DNA from: Rhynchobatus australiae | Lineage: Eukaryota | Length of the DNA: 64,000 bases | NCBI GenBank assembly: GCA_034780895.1 | Contig: JAUZTB010000027.1 | Location: forward strand, 39,428,113 to 39,492,112 | Reading direction: 5' to 3' | Shown here: one piece after another, positions 26,547 to 38,120 of the stretch | Layout: every line of letters begins with the position of its first letter | Numbering within the stretch: the stretch's first letter is position 1 | The notes under the pieces: generated by a model | Database searches by the model: none | The model's input: only the letters and a program-made list of their open reading frames with translations | Told to the model about the DNA's origin: nothing | Position numbers and translations under genes: made by a program

Positions 26547-26835
26547 CACATGGTAATGTAGCGGTTAGCGTAACGTTATTACAGCGCCAACAATCCAGGT
26601 TCAATTACGGCCATTGTCTGTAAGGAGTTTGTACGTTCTCCCCGTGTCTGCGTGGGTTTCTTCCGGGTGCTCTGGTTTCCTCCCACATTCCAAAAGACAT
26701 ACAAGTTAGGAAGTTGTGGGCATGCTATGTTGGCACCAGAAGCATGGCGACACTTGCAGGCTACCCTCAAAGCATTCTACGCAAAAGATACATTGTGTAT
26801 TTTGATGTACACGTGACTAATAAAGATATCTTATC
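26547..26835 (+). mobile_element. V-SINE-like SINE, same subfamily as 714-1000
   Basis: Collinear along its length with 714-1000, including the ggaagttgtgggc...gtgactaataaa tail. Confidence 0.85.
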
Positions 26836-27384
26836 AATGAACTCACATTACATCAGCCTTAGATCCTGTGGACTGTGATGTGTCATCCTTCAGTCACTTA
26901 ATGAACATTGGATTGTTCATGAATGTCAAGGATTTGTGAAAATTAAATAACTTACAGAGGAGAAGACAATTTCCAGAAATATTATTTCATGTGTCAAGCA
27001 ACATTGATGTCAAACCTACAAGAACAGATACAAATGCTGAAGTTACCCAAAGAGCTAAGGGTTAATGCCAGTGGCGATTTTTCAGATCTGCACCCTGGTG
27101 AACATTTGCTTGTAATGACTATAGCAGTTTCCCTGTTGTTGATGTTGTCAGCGGTGCTTCCACACAAGCTACCATTCCAACACTCTGTCATGCTATTGCA
27201 CAAATAGCAAAGATTGACAATGGGCATTAATGGCTACAAGTGGCTTGCAAATTACTCAGATTTCAGACATCACGCTTCACTGGCTGCATGCCAGTTGCAA
27301 AATAGACAGATTTATACAAATGCTATGAAAATTCTCAGTTGGATCATCACTGCTAAGCCACCCGCTTCAGCATCCCAGATGTCA

Positions 27385-27990
27385 CACTGACCAGAAATTC
27401 AGCTTAATCAGCCACATAAATACTGTGGCTACAAGAGTTGGTCATAATAGCTACCCTGTGGCAAGTGATTCACCTCCTGACACCCTAAAGCCCTTCCGCC
27501 ATTTACAAGACACAAGTCTGGAGTGTAATGGAATACACTTGCCTGGATGGACACAACTCTAACAACTCTCAAGAAACTTGACACCACCCATGACAAAGCA
27601 GCTCAATTTATTGGCACCCAATACATCACACTANNNNNNNNNNCCTTACAGCACCAGTGCACAGTAACTCCAGTGTGTACTGGACAGTCTGCAATTACTT
27701 GCCCAGGATACTCTGACAGCACCAGAAGGCCACACATCAAGTAGTGACCTTTACCACCAGGAAGGACAAGGGTAGTAGGTGCATGGGAACCTCAATACCT
27801 GGTTCCTCTCCAAGTAACACACCATCCATCCTAACATGAAAATACATTGCTATTCCTTCATCGTTGACCATTCCAAATCCTAGCAGTCTGTCCCTAATAC
27901 CACTGTGGTACAAGGGCCAGCTTACTACCACCTCCTCAAGGGAGATTGGGGATAAATGCTGGCTTTGCCAGTGATGCACAGATCTGGAAA
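27385..27990 (+). mobile_element. CR1-clade LINE 3' end (second family)
   Basis: atttacaagacacaagtctggagtgtaatggaatac (IYKTQVWSVMEY) and ORF 27547 TTLKKLDTTHDKAAQFIG. Tail ataaatgctggctttgccagtgatgcaca followed by an A-rich run. Confidence 0.75.
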
Positions 27991-28099
27991 AAAAAGTAAA
28001 AAAAACACACTGGTCATACAGAGGGAAAATTATGGAAGAGCTTTATATGTGTTTATGGAATTAAAGCATTTGACAACCAGAATAATACCAGACAGATTT

Positions 28100-28660
28100 G
28101 TTTTTGTATAACCCATGCGCTAACATTCATTGCAATGTAGATAAAGGAAAACCTGCAGACGTGGTGTATTTGGATTTCCAAAAGTCATCTAACAAGGTGT
28201 TGGAGGCTGGTGCACAAGTTAACAGCTTATGGTTTGCAGGAAGTGTGTTAACATGAATTGAAAAACACATAGATAACAGAATTGGACTAAAAGGGGCCTT
28301 TTCGGGTTGGATATAACGAGTGGAGTATCCCTGGGAACAGTTGTTGGCCCCTCAATTATTTATATTAATTACCTGGAGGAGGAGACAGTGCAAGGTGTCC
28401 AAATTTGCCAATGTCACACAAATAGGTGGAAGGACGAGTAGTGACTCTGCAATGGGATAAACATACCGTAGATTGAGTGAGTGGACGAGAAAGCTGGCAA
28501 ATGGAGTTTAGTTGGGAAAGTGCGAGGTCATGCACTTCAGTAAGAAGAATCAAAAGGCAGATTATCTTCATGTAGAGAGGCTGCGAGTATGTACAGAAGG
28601 AGCTACAAATTCTTTTGCATGAAGCACAAAAAGTTAGAGATAAATGCAGCAAGTAGTTAC
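28100..28660 (+). mobile_element. Decayed CR1 RT fragment
   Basis: gtggtgtatttggatttccaaaag (VYLDFQK), ggagtatccctgggaacagttgttggccctc (GVPxGxVxGP-like) and tccaaatttgcc (SKFA). Confidence 0.75.
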
Positions 28661-29569
28661 ATTTGGAGCCATTGATTATGGCACTCTCCACTGAAGGTTG
28701 AGAAAATATTTTAATTGACATTTGATCATCCACAGTGTAAATCTCTGATAATAACCCAATGACCAACAGCAACACACCTACTTTTAAACTTGAGAACTAA
28801 CAGCATTTTAGAAGCTGAAATCATTTTCAAAGCATGTGACCTGTGATTGAATCATTAATCTCTATGACATATAGACAGCTGTGTTTAAATTTGGAGCGGG
28901 GGGGCAGCAATAACAGTTATTTTTAAACAGAAGTAAAACAATCGCCAGCAATTGAATGAAGTAATGTTTGTACAAAGCCAGAAACAAAACCCACCTCTTA
29001 AAAGATTCAAACNNNNNNNNNNNNNNNNNNNNNNNNNNNNNNNNNNNNNNNNNNNNNNNNNNNNNNNNNNNNNNNNNNNNAATACTACAGACAATGCCAG
29101 AAACATTCAGTTACTTAAAGCATCGAACAGAAACTTCAGTTGCTTCTGCTTTCACAGGTGCTGCCTGATCTGCTGACTAATTTTAGTATGTTCTGCATTT
29201 ACTTCAAAATCCTTTATTTCCTGCACAGTGTTTGCAGCTCTTGGAGTAGAGACCAAAGCTTTCAAACTTTCATCTACATATAAAAGAGCAAGCAACAAGT
29301 TGACCATCAAATGATACTTCGCATTAAACATTATTATATAATAGGCAGGTTTGTGCCAATAGGAAAAAGTAACTGTCGATCAACTAGGCTTTGTAAATGG
29401 AACAACTCTTCTCATTTCAATTATTGGGTTCTTCTGGATAGCCAATCTCAGTTTCTTTCATTGCCCAAAGACACCATGGAACATACTGACATTATAAACA
29501 GCATCACGAGAGCTGCGTGAATCAGTTTGCTGGATGTGGACCACAGTCTTTATTGCATTTTAGAAGCAA

Positions 29570-30540
29570 AAAGATGATAAAGAAAGAGAATACGAGAGTA
29601 TATTAGGAATAAATGCAAGAATGACAACCAGGAAAAAGAATAGCAAAAATAAATGTGGTCACTTTGAAGCAAAGGGAGTTGAAATTATTGTGGAGAAGCA
29701 AGTAATGACTGAGCAATGACAAATATTTTGTACCTGCTCTCACTGTGGAATTTGCATGTAATCGTAATAGAGCAGAACCAAGGAGTGAATGAAAGCAAGA
29801 GCTCAGAGTAATTAACATCACAAAAGCAAAAAAAGTACTGGAGAAATTACAGGGACCAAAAGCCAACAACACCCCCAAGTCTGACACGTTGCTTCCCATG
29901 GTTCTGAAAGAGCTAGCCGCTGAATCTGTTGGTACAATCACTGGTTTCTTACTTGCTGAATATATCCACTTAGATTTGTCAAACATTATTTCCTTTTCAT
30001 TGAACCATTCCAAAATTCCCATGGTTTTGATAATGTCAGAGCAGATTGCAAGGCAGCTAATTTAACACCACTGTTCAAGAATGGCAGGAGAGAGAGACTG
30101 GGGAATCACAGAGCCGACATCCGTTGTTGGCAAAATGCTGGAATTTATTATTAAGGATGTGGTAATAAGGCATTTTTTTAAAAATAATAGTATGATTCGG
30201 CAAAGTCACAATGGTTTAACAAAAAGGAAACACTGTTTGACAAACCCAAGAGAGTTTTTTTTTGAGGATGTAATTAGACGATAAGGGGAAACAAATGCAT
30301 GCACTATAATTGCATTTACAGCAAGGCAATTGATAGAATGGCTCATGCAAAACAACTACATGAAGGCGGACCAAGAAAATGGGAGCAAAGTAATAGTTTG
30401 GGATGAGAAAATTAAACACTGAAAACAAAGTTGGGACGAATGAATCTTTGTCAAGTTGAGAGGCTACTACTAGATGGACTCCAGTGAGATCAGTTCTAGG
30501 CCTTCAGCCATTTGCCATTTATGTTGATGACTAAGGCCTC
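29570..30540 (+). mobile_element. Decayed CR1 ORF2 fragment
   Basis: ORF 30081 contains TSVVGKMLEFIIKDVV...MIRQSHNGLTKRKHCLTN. Upstream reads VLEKLQGPKANNTP...LPMVLKELA. Confidence 0.75.
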
Positions 30541-30729
30541 ACTTAAATTATTGGATGATTTTCAAAAAATTGTGGTGGAGTTGTGGAAAGAAAGCTAAAA
30601 TTGCAGAAAAGTATATTAATTGCAGTAATTTCAAAAGTCAGTCATCAAATCTGGTTGACAAGGGGTTGCGGGAAACAGTTTAAGCTACATAAACACTTAA
30701 AAAAATTTAAATCATGTCATTAATTAGTG

Positions 30730-31040
30730 ACATAGTGGTTGTGTTATTGGAGTCAAAGCCAGACATCTGGACCATTCTCTGGACGAGTTCAAATCCCACT
30801 ATAGTTGTAGATATATTTTAAAGGAAGATGAATCTGGAATGCTTTTAAAGAAAGCCTGTCTTAGTGATAGTAATCACAAAACCACTGCACTGTTCTAAAA
30901 CCCACCTGATTCCCTATTGTCCTCTCAGGAAAGAAATCTGCCTCCTTAACCTGGTCTGCCTCAATATATTTGACTCTAAGGGTCAAATTTAGAATGGGCA
31001 ATAAATGCTGGCATTACCAGCAATCTGCACATCGTGAGAG
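30730..31040 (+). mobile_element. tRNA-derived SINE with a CR1-clade LINE tail
   Basis: B-box gagttcaaatccc at about 30785. The tail gggcaataaatgctggcattaccagcaatctgcacatc matches the LINE tail at about 27950-27985. A probable minus-strand relative lies at about 58410-58575. Confidence 0.65.
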
Positions 31041-31369
31041 TTAAGAATTTAACTCACGTCAATAGAATCTTTTAATTTTTTTTCCTCTATGCATGTCCCT
31101 TGGTGCACTACAGGGATGTGATTGATTTGTATCATGGGGTTTGTTGGAGAAACAGGCAGCCTGGGACTGCATAGGTAGACAACTAGTCCTGGCTGTGGCC
31201 ATAGTGAAGGCTGGAGACCTTGTGAGTGGCCGAAATGGAGGCTAGAGACTTGGGAAGTGGGAGATGGTCAGATGATCCAGCTCGCTGCAGCAGAGGCTGG
31301 TCACTTGGTCACAGCAGGCACTGGTTATTGCAGACACCAGTAATTTGGATGCCAGTTACTGTAGACTCC

Positions 31370-31800
31370 ATGTAATTGATGACTTAGATGAAAAGAAAGA
31401 GCGCAATGTATCAAAGATTGCTATAAAAACCACACTGGACCAAAAATGATTTGTGAGGAAGATGCAAAGAATCAGCAAAGGGATTTAACAGGTTACCCAA
31501 GTGAACTAAAAGACAGCAGAGGGCATATAATGTGGGAACATAGAACAGTACAGCACTGGAGAGGGCATGTAGCCCACAATGTCGTGCTGATCTTGATGCC
31601 AATTTATAATAAATGTCCTCCTGCTGTGCATCATCTGTATCCGTCTATTCCCTTCATATTCATACATCCATCTAAAAGCCTCAAACTCCACCAAACTGCC
31701 TGCTTCCACTACTACCACTGGTAACCTATTCCAGGCACTTACCAGTCTCTGTGTAACAGAAAAGGGAAAGGTTATTCAGCATGGTAGCAAGAATAGGAAC
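31370..31800. mobile_element. CR1 RT fragment (+) interrupted by a CR1 3'-end fragment (-, about 31536-31757)
   Basis: gatgacttagatgaa...tcaaagattgct (DDLDE..SKIA), then a gaacatagaacagtacagcac tail motif and ttccaggcacttaccagtctctgtgtaa. Confidence 0.65.
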
Positions 31801-31939
31801 TGCAGCAACCATATATACAATGGGGACACAGAAACGGGTCAGAAGTTGACTGTCCTACAGTGAGTGACACAACTTACAACTCCCTAAATCCTTTCCATTA
31901 GCATTTTCGTCTCACATTCTGCCCCAGCAGCACATGTAA

Positions 31940-32340
31940 ACTGACACCATCCAGGCCAAACCCATCTGGTGGCACGAAACCAACCACTGAAAACATTCAC
32001 TCCCTCAGTGCAGCCTGGTTTCAGGGTGCACCGCCCACAAAGTGCAAGGTGGCAACTCGCCCAGTTCTCTCTGACAGCATCTCCCAACTGCACCACCACC
32101 ACCACCATCTGGAAAGACAAGAGCAGAGGTGCATGGGTAATTCCCTCTGGGTCCAGCCCACCCTGATTTTGAAATATATTGCCACTGTTCCACCACTATG
32201 AAGTCAAAACTCCAGAACTCCCTGACTAACCGTAATGTGGAATTGCTTCCACCACACAGACTACTGACTCACCACTTGCTCAAGGGCAACTTCAGACGGT
32301 GTTTCATTGCAGGGTTTGCCAGCATCACACACACCCCATG
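31940..32340 (+). mobile_element. CR1-clade LINE 3' fragment (family of 27385-27990)
   Basis: tgacaccatccaggccaaa, gacaagagcagaggtgcatggg, gaaatatattgcc and ttgccagcatcacaca align with 27580-27985. Confidence 0.65.
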
Positions 32341-32999
32341 TGACTAACTGCTTTTCTTGAGAAAACATGAGAGATTTGGCTGGACTTTTGATGGAGAAAA
32401 TCAATGTCACGATCCATCCTTTTCCAGCAACACTTTTATTTTCCTAACGGGCAATCTTTGGACTTGGATAATTGGATACATGTCAGCAATCATTCATGTC
32501 TGTTTAGTGGCTACAAATAACATACCTTCAAAAGGACTTAACAGATGATCAACTGCAATTAAGTTTTGGTATCTTAGTTCTTTCTTGCTTCTTAGCAAGT
32601 TCTATGGGTTGAGACAGCTGAGGAAGCCAAAATGGTGCCTGCAGGTGGGAAAGGTGGTGCTTCAAGGAATGGATGGGTGGGTAGTAACTCATCTGAGAAA
32701 ACCGGCCTACATTTTGGGTTTTCATTTTACAATAAACGCAGGAACAAAAACTTCTTTTGTGTCCAGTGATTTATGAAACTCATTTGTCTTGTATATCTGT
32801 GTTTGCTAAAAACAAAATTTACATAGATGTTTGCCTCAGTTAACATGGAACGAAATCTGTTTCGCTTAGTTAGTCCTTATGATATTGCAACCACACAAGA
32901 AGTCTCTCATCTTATTGCAGCTCCAGTTCAGTTGTTCTCAAAAATATATGCTTTGTACTGAAAGATTTTCAACACTGCCCTTTACAGGTGGCACAGGCA

Positions 33000-35500
33000 G
33001 CTGGTGCACATGAATATAACCAGAGCTCAGACCAAAACCAAAAGACCCCAAGGCTGACTGGAAATTCCTGTCATGGGACCTTACCTGAAGGAATGCCTGT
33101 TATGCATTACCATGCATTTAGAGCTGTGGAGCTATCCAAAGACAGGCTAGAAGTGTTGGTTGGCCAAAAGATGGAAGCACAAGCACCAAGCAAAAAGCAG
33201 AGTAGAACCAAGATGAATTAAGTGTTAGAAGTATTGTGGAGGGCAACACGAGCAGTTGGGAAAGAAGTGCCCTGTGTATGCCTAAAACAATGTGCATAAT
33301 ATCGGTTAGAAACTCATTTCTACAAAACCCTAACAGGAAGTCCATGGAATGGACGGGATGAAATGCACAGGGACAGCGAAGATCAGATTCAAAATGCCAG
33401 TTGAAAATAACGTTGCTACTGTCTGATCAGGTCAATTCTATGGAAGTCTTATTTCAACTTGACTCAGGAGTAACATATAACATCCTCCCAAAACAAGCAT
33501 CAATCTTGCGGCAGTCCTGTTAAAACCAACAAGTCACATGCTATTGAGGCACGCCAAGACCTCGCTGAATCAGACCTTGAGGTGCTCTTGGAAAGTGGTC
33601 AGACTGAAGAATAATGAAAGTTACCATGTAAATTCCATCACAATAGACCACAAGGTTGTCACATCCACACATGGAACTGATAAAGGCACATTGTAACAGC
33701 AGCACTGAGATTTTTACAATGCAAGCAATCACTGAACTGCATGACTGACAGATGAAAATACAGATGTTTTGCAAGGAACAGGGAAACGAGAAATACCATG
33801 TTGTCCTCAATGAGGGGAAACATCTGGTAATATACACACCGAGGTCATAGAGTCATACAGGCTTGAAACAAACCCTTCAGCCCACCATGTCCATGCCAGC
33901 TATCGACTATCTATCTAAACTAATCCCATTTCCCAGAACTCGGCCTATGGCTTTCTATGCCATGGCACTAAATACTTATTACACGTTGTGAGAGTACCTG
34001 CCTCCGTCAGCCCAAGGCTATGCATTCCAGATTGCAAACTCCCTTCGAGTAGAAGAATCCTTCCTCAAATCCCCTATAAATCTCCTACCCCTTGCCCTCT
34101 GGTTAAAGAGGACCCTGCTAAGGGGAAAAGTTTCTCACGATCTATCTGATCCACACGCCTCACAATCCTGATTTCCTCATTCTGCCACTCCTCAGCACTC
34201 CCTGCTGCAATCTTTCCTCAAAACCAATTTGTTTCATTCTAGGCAACACCCCAGTGCAGCTCCTCTGCACCCTGTCCCGTGAAGGTACTGTATGTTCCAT
34301 TGGCTCTTGAGGAGTAAGCTGTAGGTGGGGCACAATGGTAGCCCCAGTAAACACATCTATCATACTTAGTGCGAGTTGAGAAATCAAACAGTGAGCTGAG
34401 AATTTTCCTCAGCCCATAAGATTAACAGAGCACTAAATGGGAACCACTACTCTACGAAGATAGTAGATGTTTTACCCAAGATGAACAGTCAAATGCTTTC
34501 AGTGTGCAGGATGCAACAATGTGTTCTGGCACAGAGCTCAGTGATTCCATAATTCACTCGTTTCCGCAAACCATCTAAAATGCCATTTAGAATCAACACA
34601 GTAACAGAAGAATTTCAGTAAGTACTGGATCCTGTACTTTACCATCTCAGGCAGATGACAAATTAGTTATGGGATAAACAGGGAGATCAAGAACTAAACA
34701 CACAAATGCAAGACCTTCAGATTTCTAGAAAAGCAACCAAAGGAAATGCTTCATACTTTCATCCGAGACAGACTCCAGGCAGAGGTCAGGCCAGATCCAT
34801 TTCACTCTGATGGAAAAATAGACTATTCCTCAAATCTGCTTGGACTACTTGAAAAACTTCATTCATTGATGGTCATTTGCAAGCTTAAAGATTTTGCTAG
34901 CTTTGGGATTGCTGAGGTTTTGTTCACAGATAGTGGGCCAAAGTGGACAACTTTTGGAAGTTCTCAATGGATTGGCAGTTTGATCATCAGGTGTCACCAC
35001 CAGACTTTCTACAGTAATGGAAGGGCAGAGGAATGGCTAAAGGAGGCTGAACCATCCAAGTCTCTGAATCATCCCTGTCTGGGCATCCAAACCTTCCTCA
35101 ATAACCAGACCCAAGAGATAATGAGAATCTTGTACAGAAACTTATGCCCAACAAATGGACAGCTGCTTGAATGAGGGGTTCAAAATAGGTGTGGTAGAAA
35201 ACTCAGGAAGCCATAAAGATGCCTAAGATATGCTACAGAAGGAATAACGCTCACCTCAGATGGAGTAGGAGACAGCAGTGACGCAACACTTACCACAGCC
35301 CAGATCACACCAGGTCATGAGGGAGGAAGACCATTGAGAAAGGTTTGCTTAACAGAAGCAGATGTGGCTGCACCACTAATCGTACCCAGGTCCCAAAAGA
35401 CTCACAGCAAGCAAGGACCACACCTGGGAGGGGCTGCCCTTCAAACCCAGGTACGTGGAAGACTTTGTGCCACAGTAAAGCATGTGAAAACTGGACAATT
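33000..35500 (+). mobile_element. Decayed Ty3/Gypsy LTR-retrotransposon internal region (gag knuckle, protease, RT, integrase)
   Basis: KYCGGQH...KKCPVY gag Cys/His motif at about 33228, FQLDSGVTYNILP protease at about 33453, FSVQDA and KMPFRINTVTEEFQ RT motifs at about 34495-34620, and ORF 34746 FGIAEVLFTDSGPK...SNGRAE (rve integrase). The PR-RT-IN order indicates Gypsy. No LTR pair identified. Confidence 0.8.
33845..34280 (-). mobile_element. CR1 3' end nested in the Gypsy relic
   Basis: tcatagagtcatacag...gaaacaaacccttcagcccacc tail motif and ctcctctgcaccctgtcc; homologous to 20895-21340. Confidence 0.75.
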
Positions 35501-37139
35501 ATCTTGAATGGCTGTTTATTCTCTCTTTTGTTTATTCATTAGCAAACTAGGAACATTACATGTAGCTGATCCAATAGTAGGGATGTACCCCTTTAGGATT
35601 TGTTTGAATTGACCAGCTGCTTTCTGTGCACATGTTTGGTGGTGAACAGGCTAGGACCAGCTTTTATGTTCTATTGTTTAAGAACTTTCTTACTTTAACT
35701 TCCATCGATTGTCAATCAAGTCTCAGATGGAGGAAATGGGGAGGGCAGTGGTGAGTGAGGAAGGGTAGGAATCAAAGGCTATAGGAGCACCTCCCCAGTT
35801 CCTGGCTCCAGAGAAAATGTTTCCCTTAAAATGAAACTATTGTTATAATTTTTCCCATAGCAACTTGTGTAGCAAAAGGAATAAATTTGGAGTTATGCAA
35901 CTTTCCTGATACTCCTTGTTGATGCATAGATTTCATCACAAGATTTGAAAGTCAGCAAAGCTGCACGAAAATTCAACTCAGTTCCAGTATCCCCAATGCT
36001 GACGGCCTCCCCAAGCATAAGTCCACTTTGGCTCAGCTGCTTTTGTTCCAAGTCACATGGGCCAAGCCAACCCTGAATTCTACTTTTGGCCCAAGATGAA
36101 CTCCAAAAAGACAAGCAGCAAGAAGACTATAATTTGGTTTTGCATTCTGAGGGGGAATAAGGGCAAAACCCCCTGTCAGTTCTAATTATCATCCAGCAAT
36201 TCAAAATGGAAATTACACACAGTCCAGGATCTCAGGCTGCACTTCCAACTTGCTGTTCGAGTGCAAAGCTCTCATACCAAAACGATTGCTCATTTCGACC
36301 CTACCCAAATTTCACTTCCTTAGAATTTCAGATTTTCAAAGTACTCCCTTCAAGAGGGAAGGGAAAAAAGTAGGTAGGTAAAATAAATGAAAGGTACTGA
36401 ACTACATGACTAATGATTCCCATTTAACTACTTGGCATATCGCACCAATCTACAACATGACATTTTACTACTTACAGATTACAATAGAGAACAAATTTTA
36501 GAGTGTATAACGTGTTTCATCTGGAATGGGGAAACATCAAGAGGAAAAGAAGAAGAAAGGCTGAGATTAAATGCTGAATGCATCAGGTCTTCTTAAAAAA
36601 AACACTTGTATAATTTAGCAACCACTACTTAAATACAACCAGCCATAAATCCTCTACAGCTAACTCAGCTCTGGTTAGGGACATAATGCGTTAATGCAAG
36701 TTGTCTCGACACGTCCACCGATAGTGCCTAAAGTAACCACACTTTCATTACTTTTAAATTAGTACCACAATTTTTGGATCATAAGGCTACAATTTTGAAA
36801 ATAAAAATATATTCTCACTGTTGTGTGAAAGAAATTCTACAAAGTCACAGTCTGCTAATGTTATCAGCATTGCAAATTACTAAACTTACTAGGAAGCTAA
36901 GTTGCCAACAAATTCTCTTTCCAAGCTAGAATATTTTACTTTGGCAATTCTCAGCTGAATCCACATGTAAACAAGAAGCTGCAATGGTATACAAAACTTG
37001 GGTGTTCAAAAGGCAAAGCAAGGAATTTTCCAGTGCATTCCTAACCTTGTATCAATAGAAAACGTACTGATGCAGACTTTCAGCATGTGTCCTGAAGTTT
37101 CCTGGAAGCCAAAAGCTATAGTCAGTTTAATGGGACAGG

Positions 37140-37248
37140 ATTAAAAACACTATTATGCTGGAGGAACTCAGCAGGCCAGGCTGCACCTCCTCCAGCATCG
37201 TAGTGTTTTTCATCTAGATTCCAGCATCTGCAGTCCTTTATTTCCCTC
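37140..37248. mobile_element. PLE-derived mini-insertion with 14-bp TSD, same family as 4189-4363
   Basis: aaaaacactattatgctggagga pairs with tcctccagcatcgtagtgttttt. TSD tttaatgggacagg at 37126-37139 and 37249-37262. Confidence 0.8.
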
Positions 37249-37949
37249 TTTAATGGGACAGGGCACATGATTCAGCATTACACACGTCATGAATCACATG
37301 TCATGAATCACAATTATTACATAACACCAGTGTATCACCCTAACAAGTCATGGTGTTAAGGCAATGAAAATGGTGGTGTCAGAGTAAGTTAAAAGGATGA
37401 CAAACTATTAGTAATGAATACTATGGAGATGCGATGTATTAATGGAAAGACTAGATTGGGAATACTGCATCAGGGACTTGATGTACAGTACATACCTGTA
37501 CAATGTAATTGTCCTGTGAGCTACTGCTGTTGAGAAGCCCTCTGGCCTGGCCCAGAAAGAGCACTTGGTGAAAGGTTGTCAGAGTGGATGAGAGAAAACA
37601 GATAATTGAAACTTAAAAATTGAAAGATGTGTCTTATGAATCTGCTTATACCCCCACCCCCCTGTGTTATTATGTGTTGTTATGTAGTTATAATAAAGAA
37701 CTACAGTTCCCAGTAGGCAATGCAAAAGGTCACATGGGGAGCAGAAGTGACTGTGAGTAAGCAAGCAAGCTGTGTGAACAAACAGGATGGAGTTAGCAGC
37801 TCTCAGTTTTGCAGTCTATAGCAGCAGCTGTAGCCAAGATGCAGTAATTGCATTTTGTGTTATATTAAAAAGTTCAGAAGTTAAAACTCACGCCAAGTTT
37901 TGTCTCTTAATGAAGAACAAACACTGCCTGCCCCCCCCACCCCCACAAT

Positions 37950-38120
37950 ATCCAATAGAGCTAGAAACATATTTCTGGATTTCAGTTCTGCTGAAAGTTC
38001 TTTGCCTGAAATGTTAACTCTCTCTCTCTCTCCCTCCCCACTTAAGCTGTGTAACAAGCTGAGTATCTCCAGAATTCTATGTTTTATTTCAGATTTCCAG
38101 CATCTGCAGTATTTTGCTTT
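37950..38120 (+). mobile_element. PLE terminal fragment with a degenerate hammerhead motif
   Basis: agtt-ctgctga-aagttctttgcct-gaaa-tgtt-aact at 37984-38019, followed by gctgagtatctccag...tttcagatttccagcatctgcag. Confidence 0.65.

Noticed and set aside
37287-37313. Short tandem duplication tcatgaatcaca(tg) x2
   Set aside because: Ordinary slippage-scale repeat with no further structure.
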